A DNA stretch of 63,044 nt, counting the filler, from Octopus bimaculoides (taxonomy: Eukaryota): NCBI RefSeq assembly GCF_001194135.2. It is 6 parts of 5 records of this genome, joined end to end, with 100 filler letters (N's around TTAATTAATTAA, not from the genome) between each part and the next. Parts side by side here need not be neighbours in the genome. Positions count along the whole stretch, not along the records: positions 13,187 to 30,506 come from NC_069004.1; positions 30,607 to 57,726 come from NC_068990.1; 4 more parts are not named here. One strand, given 5' to 3'. Below are positions 25,911-38,665 of the stretch, one piece after another. The notes beneath the pieces were generated by a model. The model was not told where the DNA came from, searched no databases, and saw only the letters and a list, made by a program, of their open reading frames with translations. The position numbers and the translations under genes were made by a program. Position 1 is the first letter of the stretch; each line of letters opens with the position of its first letter.

Positions 25911-28252
25911 TGGGATAATATTGTATTCTTTTTAAAGAACATACTGTCATTTGAGGGACACTATTTCTAGAAGTTCGAGCGATCGTACAAACAACACATC
26001 TTTGACCCTTCCGGTTGATGATGTTGACAGTGATGGCCATGGTAGTGTCAACGTTGATGGTGGGTGGGTGGGGGGAGAGATGACAGTGGAGAATTGATTA
26101 TAATATTAACATTGGTACTTTAAGAGGACAGAACCGTTAACACAGCGAGCGAAATGCTTACAGACATTTCGTCTGTCTTTACGTTCTGAGTTCAAATTCC
26201 ACCAAGGTCGACTTTGCCTTTCATCCTTTCGAAGTTGATAAAGTAAGTACCAGTTATATATANNNNNNNNNNNNNNNNNNNNNNNNNNNNNNNNNNNNNN
26301 NNNNNNNNNNNNNNNNNNNNNNNNNNNNNNNNNNNNNNNNNNNNNNNNNNNNNNNNNNNNNNNNNNNNNNNNNNNNNNNNNNNNNNNNNNNNNNNNNNNN
26401 NNNNNNNNNNNNNNNNNNNNNNNNNNNNNNNNNNNNNNNNNNNNNNNNNNNNNGTGAGTGCATATATGTAAATGCATATGTATGTATATATGTACGTGTG
26501 ATTTATATATGTACGTATGCATGCCATGTGCATATACATGTATATATGTATATGTATATATGTATATATGTATATATGTATATATGTAAGTATATATGTA
26601 CGTATGAATGCATGTACGTATGAATGCATGTACGTATGTAGGTGTATATGTATGTTCGCATGCATGCATATATGTACGTATGCATGTATGTATGTACGTA
26701 TATATGTATGTATCTACGTACGTACGTTCGTATGCATGTATGTATGTATGTATGTATGTGTGTATGTATGTACGTATGTATGTATATCTGAGACATGTCA
26801 TAATTGATTAATAGAAATATTTACTTCACACCTTTTAAAATTGATCTAATTTGGATAGTTTAGAGATGTGTCAACACTTTCATCTTTTTTTCTTTGTTTT
26901 CCTTATTTTCCTTTATTTTTATTTGTTTTTCTACTACGTCTATATATATATATTTTTTTTTATATTCCCCGGCCTATTAGAACTGATTTGCTGATCAAAA
27001 AATGTTTTTTTTATTTTTTTTTTTTAATATGAAATTTCTAATTTGGATGACACCAAGTTTGTCAAAGCTCATTATTTAAATCAACCAAATAATGTCTGAA
27101 TTTATAATTATCATGGTGGCCGATACGTCAAAAGATTCTCATCTTTTAACGATTACAGACCTTTCAGACTTGTTAATTTCCATGATGGCATTTTTCATTA
27201 GAATTTTCGAAAACTTTTATACAGCAAATCTTTGATACAATTCACACTATTTCGTGTTGTTGTTGTTGTTGTTGATGTTATCGTCGTCGTCGTCGTCGTC
27301 GTTGTTGTTGTTTAGCCCGCGGTCAGTCCTGATCGGGCTGACCTTTGATCAATGGTAGCCATCTTGCATTTCTAGAAATATTGAAGTTTTTTTTGTCTAA
27401 TATGTCATGTTTTATTTATTTGTTTTCTTTTTCAAGACGGTAAAGGCCGGGGGGGGGCTAATATGAGGCTTACTGCCTGATCTTTAATCAAGTTCTGATG
27501 GAGTATACAAAGGGCCACAAGTTCCTTCATCGGTGACCATTTCGTGTTCTGTTCGTTGTTTCTATCCCGTTGCCTCTCAATGCTTGGAGTGTTCTCTCTC
27601 TCTCTCTCTCTCTCCGTTTCTCTCTCACTCCCTCTCTTTCCCTCCCTTTCTCTCTCTATCTCTTTCTCCCTCTTTGTTGCAATTTCACCTTTCTCTTCCT
27701 CTCTGTCTTTTTTTCTCTCTCTCTGTCTCTCTCCTTCACACACACAGATATACACATATACATGCATATACACACACACATTTTACAAAATATCGTAGGT
27801 GCACATCTGACGGGTGAATGAAGGAATGCAAGAATATGAGAATTTAAGCAACGATTTTACAGACAATTCTCATCAAATTACAAATAGGAGACGATTCAAA
27901 TGTCGAGTGGAAAGAAAACCGATTTGAGTATATCTACTGGAAAGTTGCCATCACTGGAACAGCAACAACTGCCGGACCAGACTCTGTTGATTCCAGCCAA
28001 ATGATGCATGGACAATAACAGGAAATCAAATTTAACACAAACCCAAACCAAAATACTGCTGCTGGGAATTTTACGTCTCACCTAAAGTTAGATGGTTGTA
28101 TGGGTATAACATTAAACTGCATCCGATGGTGAGGCAGTAATTCAGGAGTTGTGGAGTTGTGGAGAGCATGGAGTCGCCTCTTAATTACCATTATTCCCAA
28201 GTCCGTTCTGACCCGGAATGGTAGCACCCGTCAGGAACTTATCTATGGCTTG

Positions 28253-28487
28253 AATAAATTTCCCAAGGGTAGAAGAAGCTCCTGTTGTTTTTCACAGAAC
28301 TGTCGGAAGGGCAAATGTTTTTGGAGAAAGACACCCTGACATACAAAAACTGCAGTCACAATTAGAAACAGCCATCTTGCAAAGCTTGTCACTGGAAACA
28401 ACTGAGAGAATGGCAAAAGTCTTGTACAAGCTTTTGTCACGTAAATCTAACGACATGCAGATGTCTCACAGTCCTTTCATGTTTTGA
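28253..28487 (+). other. Orphan open frame or possible exon with TPR-like GxxHPD motif
   Basis: Open frame INFPRVEEAPVVFHRTVGRANVFGERHPDIQKLQSQLETAILQSLSLETTERMAKVLYKLLSRKS...; acceptor tgttgtttttcacag| at 28297, possible donor gtaaat at 28441, stop at 28485-28487. Confidence 0.3.
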
Positions 28488-29445
28488 TCCGGTTTGTATT
28501 TTATAAAAGCTTATGGCGATGGATGCATGGCGGGTGTAAAGTCCTACCCACGTACATGTAAGGATGAATGTGACTTAAAACATTCACGCTAGATGTGAGA
28601 CGGCTCTTGCATGATAAGATGAGGCCATCATCATCATCATCCTCATGCGAGTGCACGTGTGCGTGTGCGTATGTGTATGTGTGTGTCTGTGTGCGCATGT
28701 GTCAGAATAATGATTAGCAGTCGGCGTACATGAACCCGCATCGTCTAGACATCTTACATCAGTTTCGAACCTGCTTCCAGTCTAACCTAATCGCTCTGTC
28801 GTTTGTCTTATTTGATAAATAATCTTTCTATGATAGAAATACTTTTAAAAGTACATCGATCACAGTTTGAAAGTTTTGTTCGATTACAACGATATACACC
28901 ACAATGGAATGCATTACAATTATATACATCACTATTATATTTATTACATTGATGATAATGTGTTCTCTCCTTGGTTGAGCATTACATCAGTGAGCATGCG
29001 TGTGTATGCCTTTCTGTGTATCTGTGAACATATACATGTATATATATATATATANNNNNNNNNNNNNNNNNNNNNNNNNNNNNNNNNNNNNNNNNNNNNN
29101 NNNNNNNNNNNNNNNNNNNNNNNNNNNNNNNNNNNNNNNNNNNNNNNNNNNNNNNNNNNNNNNNNNNNNNNNNNNNNNNNNNNNNNNNNNNNNNNNNNNN
29201 NNNNNNNNNNNNNNNNNNNNNNNNNNNNNNNNNNNNNNNNNNNNNNNNNNNNNNNNNNNNNNNNNNNNNNNNNNNNNNNNNNNNNNNNNNNNNNNNNNNN
29301 NNNNNNNNNNNNNNNNNNNNNNNNNNNNNNNNNNNNNNNNNNNNNNNNNNNNNNNNNNNNNNNNNNNNNNNNNNNNNNNNNNNNNNNNNNNNNNNNNNNN
29401 NNNNNNNNNNNNNNNNNNNNNNNNNNNNNNNNNNNNNNNNNNNNN

Positions 29446-29564
29446 ATGTATCTATGTGTACATGTAGATGAAGGTATGTACATACATGTACATATATATG
29501 CATATACTCATATATTGTTTATATATATATATGCATACATATATACATACATATATATATGTAT

Positions 29565-29612
<48 letters not shown>

Positions 29613-29650
29613 ATATACAGATATATATATATACATATATATATACATAC

Positions 29651-29681
<31 letters not shown>

Positions 29682-29763
29682 CATTCATAAACATATATAT
29701 GGGTATACACATATGTTTATGCATACATATACTAATATATGTGTATGTACATATATATAAATA

Positions 29764-29831
<68 letters not shown>

Positions 29832-29900
29832 CATATGTATACATATATATACATATATATGTACATATATATATGTATGTATATTATATATCATATTACA
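29446..29900. repeat. Degenerate (AT)n/(AC)n microsatellite field, representative of dozens in the window
   Basis: Read directly; similar fields at 11210-11420, 13960-14120, 26455-26790 and 61960-62375. Confidence 0.95.
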
Positions 29901-30256
29901 TATCATTGATGTCACATACTTAATGTATGTTTCGCTTAAACACTTTTAAACTGCGGCATTTCGTCCAGAGTGAGTCGCTTTCATACGTAGTGTTAAGAAA
30001 AACACTCTACACCTCAAAACCAAGCGGAACGAATCACCTCGTCGATAAACGAGATCGGTGGATACTGATATTCCGCTGCCATTTTAAATCATCGCAACCG
30101 TATACTCTAATCTCAGTATTAGAGCTACCTCTAACTCAAAATTTAAAATTGTTTCAGTTGTGCGGCGTTTTGCACATCAACAGATAGATTTTATGCATTG
30201 CGGAAATATCTCAGACCAGTGATTTGAACTCGTCTGTGAGGATGACTCGAATATAC

Positions 30257-30299
30257 GGTACTGAGGAGCTAACGTAACAACGAAATATCGCTATCTACC
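30257..30299 (+). ncRNA. Degenerate minimal type I hammerhead motif
   Basis: GGTA|CTGAGGA ... GAAA TA TCGC TA TC/TACC: stem I GGTA/TACC, stem III ATA/TAT, AUC triplet; stem II is weak (G-C, C-A mismatch, T-A). Confidence 0.45.
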
Positions 30300-30506
30300 T
30301 TTCCGGATTACCTACGGAGCGATTCGTTTCGCCTGGCTTTGAATTATGCTGGTTTTTCAATTCCATAATATTTCCATATTATGTACAAAATATCCTTACA
30401 CCTACCAGCATAGAATTAAAAACTTATGGTAGCATGAAACTATAGCATTTTCACTAATGACTTTGTTATGATTAACTCTAACGAAGTCGAACGACGATGA
30501 ATATAT

Positions 30507-30606
30507 NNNNNNNNNNNNNNNNNNNNNNNNNNNNNNNNNNNNNNNNNNNNTTAATTAATTAANNNNNNNNNNNNNNNNNNNNNNNNNNNNNNNNNNNNNN
30601 NNNNNN
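30507..30606. other. Artificial scaffold linker
   Basis: 44 N + TTAATTAATTAA + 44 N. Confidence 0.95.
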
Positions 30607-31013
30607 AGCTACCAATGGTACAACTGTATTCGTCTTTGCTTAGGAAAAATGACTAAATTGTGGGTGTGAAGTCCCCATGAAGGGGTCTTTGTAACTTCTA
30701 AGAAGAAAAAATTTTAGAAATATTACTTTATTTGTGTGTAATCTGTATGGTTAAAATTTCATCAACATCAAAAATATATGAATTTTCATGGGGGTTATGG
30801 CCATTATGCATAGAATATTATTTCCAAATTTCTTAAAGATCCATTCAATACTCTTGACGTAGTTTTGGATAAGAAAACAAAGACTAATGTGTGTGTTTGT
30901 GTGCATATATATGTGTGTGTGTATGGGTGTATATATGTATAGATATCTGTATGCATTTATATATGTGTACATATACATGTATATGTGTACATATACATCT
31001 CTCTCTCTTTCTT

Positions 31014-31058
<45 letters not shown>

Positions 31059-31061
31059 ATG

Positions 31062-31097
<36 letters not shown>

Positions 31098-31569
31098 ATT
31101 AAAGTGAAAGTATCTGTCATTACAGTATCGAAATGTGATTGTTTCAGTTAGTGGAATAGTTTCATTNNNNNNNNNNNNNNNNNNNNNNNNNNNNNNNNNN
31201 NNNNNNNNNNNNNNNNNNNNNNNNNNNNNNNNNNNNNNNNNNNNNNNNNNNNNNNNNNNNNNNNNNNNNNNNNNNNNNNNNNNNNNNNNNNNNNNNNNNN
31301 NNNNNNNNNNNNNNNNNNNNNNNNNNNNNNNNNNNNNNNNNNNNNNNNNNNNNNNNNNNNNNNNNNNNNNNNNNNNNNNNNNNNNNNNNNNNNNNNNNNN
31401 NNNNNNNNNNNNNNNNNNNNNNNNNNNNNNNNNNNNNNNNNNNNNNNNNNNNNNNNNNNNNNNNNNNNNNNNNNNNNCACACACACACACACACGCACAC
31501 ACACATACACATTCTCATTTTTATATATATAGATTATATCTGTGCACCTTCCACACACAAAACTATTTT

Positions 31570-33356
31570 CTCTGTTAACCCTCCTCTGATTTTGCTGCAC
31601 CTCTTATGTGTCCACAGCTTACACCAAGTACATCTCATGGAATTTCAACCTACGCCTTTTCTACAGATCGAGCAGGGCCATCTACCTGATGGGATTTGTG
31701 ATTTGTCTGCTTTCCTACTTACTAAGACTTTGGTTTTTGCTAGGTTAATTCTAAGGCTCTTCGATTCTAGACCTTGCTTCCACACCTGAGACTTCTCCAG
31801 TTCTGGTAGTGATTCAGCTATAAGAACAAGGTCATCAGGATAGAGGAGCTCCCAGGGAAGCCTGTCTTAAATTCCTCTGTTATTGCCTGAAGGACTATGA
31901 TGAACAAGAGGGGCCTGAGGACTGATACTTGGTGAACCCCTACTTGTACTCTGTATTCTTCACTATACTCATTGCCAACCTTCACCTTACTGACAGCATC
32001 CCTGTATATGGCTTGTACAGTTCTCACCAACTACTCATCTATCCCTAGTTTCAGTGTTGGCCACCAGATAAGGGATTGAGGAACCCTATCAAAAGCTTTC
32101 TTCATATCAACAAAAGCCAAGTACAGAAATTTGTCTTTGGCTATGTATTTCTCCTGCTGCTGCCTTACCAGAAATATAACACATCAGGAGTGCTTCTCCC
32201 TGGCACAAAACCAAACTGCATCTCATTTAGACTAACTCTCTTACCTAATTAGTTGGGCTATGACCCTCTCCGTGACTTTCATCACCTGATCCAACAATTT
32301 GATACCTCTAATTATTTCTATCTAAACCATCACCTTTACCTTTGTAGCAGTTGACTATGATGCTGCTATACCAGTAATTGGGTATGAATCCTTCATGTAC
32401 CACCTGGTTAACTGTATGGGTGACTAGACCATAACACACACTGCCAGATATTTTAAGCATCTGATGGGTTGGAGCCTTTCCCTGTCTTCATATCCTTAAT
32501 TGTTTTATCTATCAAAGTACTGTTAATTCAGATAGCTGGTCCTTCAGTTGGGTCAACTTTTGGCAGATTTCCTTCTCCCATTCATTCTCTTCATTTAGCA
32601 GCCTTTCATAGTAATGTTTCCAAGCCACTTTCTTTGCAGTATCATTAAATGCAAGTGAACCATCATCCATATGGGCATATTTCTCTCCTATGACGTTGCA
32701 ATTTTCTCTCATACACTGTCTTGCAATTCGAAACACTTCAAGTCTCTGGTACTCATGTCACAGAACATTGGCCAACTTCTCTTCTACTTCCCCTTTGGCT
32801 AAGTATACCTCTCTCCTAGCTTCCCTTCTGGCTATCTGATACAGTTCTCTGCTACTCTCACATTTCCAATCCTTCTAGGCCTGTTTCTTTTCTCTAATGA
32901 CCCTGGCAACTACACTGTTCCACCATGTCACCTTAGGTCAAGAGGGAACTTTGCACCAGCCACAGATCTAGTCAGCAGCCCTCAACAAGTTGTCCCATAG
33001 GAACCTCCAGTTGTCCTCCATTTTATATGTCATTATATCCTCTTCTAGTCAAATACTTCAAGTAACATGTGTCTAAATTTTTGTCCATTCAGAGGATGCT
33101 TAAGCTTCCAGATCTTTCTTTTCCACACTGGTTGTCTTCTGGGCAGCCATTTAGCCCTGATCCTGAAGTCGCTAACAACTAACCTATGTTGGCAGGTGCA
33201 TTCTTCACCAGGGAAAGTTTTGGCATTTATAAACAGCCATCATACCTGTTTCCTGATGAGAATGTAATCAATCTGACTACTGTGCCCACCGGACTGGTAG
33301 GTAAATAGGTGACTGACAGGTTTCCTGAAGTTAGTATTGCAGATCATAAGGTCGCT
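31570..33356 (-). mobile_element. Degenerate RTE-clade LINE
   Basis: Minus-strand remnants of the endonuclease end (SQIDYIL), WKHYYERLL, QVGVHQVSVLRPLLFIIVLQAITEEFKTG and a C4HC3 finger; multiple stops and frameshifts. Confidence 0.88.
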
Positions 33357-33357
33357 T

Positions 33358-34405
33358 TACTTCCAAATACATATGAAGAAAGTTACACTGCAATATTCTC
33401 TAAACTGAAAGAACTAGAGCCTTTGCTAGATTCTATCTCCATCATAATAGATTTCAAAACTGCTTCAAGAAATGCAATAACATGATTATTCCCTTGATCA
33501 AGCATATCAGGATGCTTGTTTGGGACAAATCATATGGAGAAAGATTACCAACAAGGGTTTAAGAGAAAGATATGTTAACAGAGAAAATGTTTGAATGTTA
33601 ATCAAAATTATGACCTGCACAGCATTTCTCTGTACAGATGATGTCATAGCAGGATTTCAAGCTGTGAGTTGGAAAATTAGGATGAAGATCTTGACATTAT
33701 TTTCGATTATTTTGAAGATAATTATATTGGCTGCCTATTGGCAAACAACCATAGAAGAAAACCTAAATTTCCAATATCATTGTGGCATGTTTTTAGCAGG
33801 CTTTAGGTGGATCTCCCATGAACAAAAAGTGCTGTAGAAGGGTAGCACACTCCTTTTCAAGGCAGTCTGTCTTGTAGTCACCCAACAGTTTGGCTCCTAA
33901 CAGAGGTTTAAAGAAGGGAAGAGAGCCTACAAAGGACAAAATATTTTGGAAATTGTTCAGGATAACCTGTACAAAAGAAGAGGAAATATGTGAACTTAGA
34001 AAGAAGGATTAAAAGCATTGTTGAATCAAGAGAAGATTTAGAAATTACAGATTATCTTAGACACCTTGCCTACAACATTACTTTTTGAATTTTTATTCAT
34101 TCTAGAATTAATTTTTTCAATTTTAAATGTTGTGAATTTTTAGTTCTTTCTACAATAAAATGTGTTCGTTTTTGATAATGTTTTATTTACCTGTTGTGAA
34201 GGTGTTATTATTAGTACAAAAAAAATTGTAGATATCTAGTGTATTTTCATCTTTATCAACTTTGCTCAAAGCGTCTTTAAAAAAAACAGCTTGAAGTTCG
34301 CTCAAACTGACATCGCTTAGTGGGCATTGCTTAAAATGCACATAATTTCAACTTCTCTCAGCTTGACATTGCTCAACTTGACTTCGCTCAAACAACTGGA
34401 CAGGC
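33358..34405 (+). mobile_element. Mutator-like (MULE) transposase remnant with terminal repeats
   Basis: Broken frames give IIDFKTASRNAI, GQIIWRKI..GL, FDYFEDNYIG and AVEG.H..F....HPTVW, recognisable MULE DDE motifs; clustered gctcaa subterminal repeats at 34260-34395. Confidence 0.7.
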
Positions 34406-37195
34406 AAAGTCCCAGCTAGGCTGAGGGTGACATGGTGGTGGAACAAGGAGGTAGACTGCTATAAAAGCAGAGAGACAAGCCTGAAAAGACTGGGAAAATG
34501 GTGGAAGCAGATAATTTTATCAGGTAGCCAGAAGGGCAGCTAGGTGTCGAGTTTACATAGCAAAAGGAATAGCAGAAGGTAAGAGATTTGTTAATGTTCT
34601 ACAGCGTTAGGTGTTCAGGATTGCAAAGCAGTGTATCAGAGAGAATAGAGATGTGGATGAGAATTGTGTGTGAATGCATACTAGTATGTTTGCATGTAGT
34701 GACTCAGAGAAGAAAGATGCATGGAAGTGTTACTATGAAAGGTTACTAAGTGTGGAAAATGCATGGCAGAAAAAGAGTCTTTCAAGTAAAGAAGCAGCTG
34801 AGGGACCAGCCATCAGAGTTGACAGCAGTGTAATAGATAAAGCAATTAAGGATATGAAGACAGGGAAAGCCCCTGGACCATCAGGTATCACTACTGAGAT
34901 GATTAAAATATCTGGCGGTGTAGAATACAGCCTAACCACTCATAGTTAATCAGCTTAAATTAAGAATTGGATTAAACTAGATGAGAAATAATTTGGTTTT
35001 GTACCTGAGAAGAGTACCTCAGATGCCACCTTCCTAGTGACAGCTGCAGGAAAAGTATTTGGCCAAAAGTAAGCCATTGTACTTGGCTTTTGTTGACCTA
35101 GAGAAAGCTTTTGACAGTCCCTCATTCTCTTATCTGGCAGTCTCTAAGAAAGTTAGGAGTAGAGGAGTGGCTTGTTAGAGCTGTACAAGCCATGTACAGT
35201 GGTGCTGTCAGTAGGATGAAAGTCAGCCATGAATACAGTAATGGATTTAATATTCAAGTAGGGATCCACCAGGGATCAGTTCTCAGTCTACTATTATTTA
35301 TCATAGTCCTCCATGCCGTAACAGAGGAATTCAAAACAGGATGTCCGTGGGAACAACTATTGGAGAAGAAATTTCAGGTTTGGAAGCAAAACCTGGAATC
35401 AAATGGCCTTAAAGTTAATCTAGTGAAGACAAAAGTTGTTGTTAGCAAGGAAGCAGATAAGACTCTGTTGCTTTCAAGGAAATGGCCCTGCTCAATATGT
35501 AGAAAAGCAGTTGGAAGTAATTCCATTTGCTGCACCCAGTGTAAGCTATGGACACATAAGAGGTGTAGTGGAATCACAGGTAGATTAACAGATAAAATTG
35601 TCTTCATATGTGGCAAATGCGCAGGAATAATAAGCACTAAGGACACACAGGAATTAGACTCTCTCAAATGCCCAGGAGGCTCTCTTGAGGTTGTGGATAG
35701 TTACCTAGGTGACCAAATTAGCAATGATAGAGGATACTGTAAGTATTGTCTGGAATAAGAATAGGATAGAGGAAGTTCAGAGAACTTTTACCTCTGTTGG
35801 CAACAAAGGGACTCTCTCTCAGGGTGAAAGGTAGATAGTATGATGCTTGTGTATGAATGGCTATAGTGAGACCTGGACTCTGAATGCAGAGAACATGTGT
35901 AAACTAGAGAGGAACGAAGGGAATATATTCTGTTGGATGTGCAACATCAGTGTGCATGTACAGCAAAGTGAAAATATATTGAGAGAAAAGTTGGGCATAA
36001 GAGGAATCAGATGCAGCATGCAAGAAAGACTAAGTTGGTTTTGATATGTGATATATATGAATGAAGACAGCTGTATAAAGAAGTGCTGATCACAAAGTGG
36101 ATGGCACCTGTGGAAGAGAGAGACCCAGGAAGACATGGGATGAAGTGGTGAGGATTAATCTCAAGATGTTGGGCCTCACATAGGAGATGACAATGGACTA
36201 AGATGTCTGGCAATATTAAGTTCTTGAGAAAACCTGCCCACTTCAGTGAAACTGAGTTCTAGAAGTACTGTGGTCTCCACTCACATGTAACAACAATAAA
36301 ACTTTTTCCACACCCTACCCCAACAAACGAAAGTACATATCTCCTCTTTCTCACATTTCCTCTTTTCATGTACTATGATTATGCTTATCTCTTGCTCCTC
36401 TATCCTGTTGGTCCCCACCCCAGATTTTACCAGTCACTGCATATACTCCACCCCAACATGCCTTGCATTCATGTGAAGTCTCTACTCGCTACTGATGCAC
36501 CTTGGCAATACCCTACCATTTATATTCTGATCCTGTATCTCGAGGGCATGCCCTTCTAATTTGCCATCATTTCTCTACCAACCCATTTTTATTCTGATCC
36601 TTGTACCTTGTGAGCATGCCCTGGTGCTTCACCACCATCTCTCTTCTGCTCTCTTCCATTCTCCCTCTATCTCTTGCTCTCTTCCTCTTGCTCTATCCTT
36701 TGGAGTGGTTAACCATGTATCTCGTCTATAGCAACACACCCATTACTGGCCTCAATCTTGATCATCCTTTGTATCTCTTCTACAGTAAGACATCTGTTTC
36801 TGTCTCTCTGTTATCCTCTAACCTTTCATCCTCTGGCACAAGATAACCTCCAGTGCCTCATCCCTTCTCAAGTGATCTTTGTATTGCAAGTTACTTGGTG
36901 ACCCTGCTAGTGCCAGTGCCACATAAAAAGCATCCAGTCCACACTGTAAAGTGGTTGGCATTTAGAAGGGCATCCAACTAAAAAACCATGCCAAAACTGA
37001 TCTCATCTGTGTTTGTGCCATGTAAAAAGCACTCAGTCCATTCTGCGAAGTGGTTGGTGTTAGGAAGAGCATCCAGCTGTAAAAACCATGCCAAAACAGA
37101 CAGCAAAGTATAGGGCAGTCTTCTGCCTAGCCAGCTCCTGTGAGACTGCCCAAACCATGCCTGCATGGAAAGCACATTTAAATGATAATGATATT
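34406..37195 (+). mobile_element. Degenerate RTE-clade LINE with 3' UTR
   Basis: KTGKAPGPSGIT, QVGIHQGSVLSLLLFIIVL, PHD-like CxxC/CxxC/HxxC/CxxC at 35489-35620, ETWTL...WMCNIS; 3' tail ggttggtgttaggaagagcatccagctgtaaaa ending in gataatgat. Confidence 0.88.
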
Positions 37196-38551
37196 TTGTT
37201 ACCTTACAGAAATGCAATTTTAAATTCTCATCTGAGCTAGAACTCAATGAGTAACCACTCATCATTTTAACAGCCACTTTTCTATGCTTGTATGGGTCAA
37301 ACAGAATTCGTTCAGTCAGATTTTCTACAGCCAGATGCCCTTCCCGTTGCTGACCCTCACCTGCTTCCAAGCAAGGTGTTATTTCTCATTGGCTAGACAT
37401 GTTTTCTCAGGAGACTAGAAACAAGCAACATCACTTGTATGACTTATGCTCATTTACAACCATCATGTAATAATTAGTCAAGGGTACACCCAAATACACG
37501 TGTGTGTGTGTGTATATATACACACACATATACATTTACTCATATACAATAGGTTTCTTTCAGGTTTTGTCTACCAGAGCCACTGACAAGGCTTTGGTCA
37601 GACTGGGGCTACAATAGATGATATTTCCCCAAGGTGTCATGCTGTAGGACTGAACTTAAAACCACATGGTTGGGAAGCAAGCTTTTTAACCACACAGACA
37701 TGTCTGCATCTAATAAATCCTTAATTATAAACAGGGTCTTCACTAAAGCCCCAATATTTCTTTAAGACCACAGAATTAATTATCACTTTTAAGATTGAGG
37801 ATTTTTAAGGTGAAGAGAATATATTGGCATGATTATTTTTTATCCTCTAGAATATTAAAGTTCTCTAAACTACTTTCTGCTTGGAAATGAAACCAGCTTT
37901 TTACCTAATTAACTATTCTAACACAAATGCTGTTTTGTTTTGTGTATCTTTTGAATATAACTTTCTACAAACTTAATAACTGATCTATCTGAGGAGTCAT
38001 TTTCAAATGACCTAGTGCTCTATCCCAGAGAGTGATGTGTCTTTATAGCTCAAAAAAAAGAAAACTTGGAAAGAAAATATTTTTCTTGTTGAGACTTGAT
38101 ATTTGAGAACATACTCGCTAATGACAAAGGAATATGTCCCTCACTAAACACTTCGAAAATTAAACTATACACTAGTTATTTAAAATCACTTTAGTGCTAA
38201 GGAGATATTTACAACTTAGATCATTCACTGAAAATTTATTTTTTCTTTATAGTACCCCTCCACCATCTCCCCCCTCTCTCTCCTCTCTTTCTCTCTCTCC
38301 TCTCTTTCTCTCTCTCCTCTCTTTCTCTCTCTCCTCTCTCTCTCTCCCCTCTCTTTCTTTCTCCTCTCTTTCTCTTCCCTCTCTTTCTCTCCTATCTTTC
38401 TCTCCCCCCCCTCACTCTCTTTTATTTGTTAGAAACAAAGTTGAAGAGCCTCTTTGTGGTCTGTCAATCAAATTCCTGTAAATCATGCCTTACCATCTTC
38501 AGAAAGGGCATATTATATTATGTGGACATTTTCTTTTTTTTTTTTTTTTAG

Positions 38552-38665
38552 ATGGCAGCCTTACAATCTCCATTCTATGGTGACAAGATGAATTTGTATT
38601 CTCTGTGTAAGAAAATAGAACAGTGTGATTATCCACCTCTACCTTCAGATATCTATTCCCAAGAG
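38552..38665 (+). CDS. NEK7: Penultimate coding exon of NIMA-related kinase NEK6/NEK7
   Basis: Poly-T acceptor ...ttttag|ATG and donor GAG|gtaaac; 114 nt = [38 protein letters not shown], near-identical to recalled human NEK7 [38 protein letters not shown]. Invertebrates have a single NEK6/7 orthologue, so the symbol is approximate. Confidence 0.95.

Noticed and set aside
27860-28085. Protein-like frame GDDSNVEWKENRFEYIYWKVAITG...
   Set aside because: It is interrupted by stops, has no donor, and cannot be joined in frame to the TPR-like segment at 28253.
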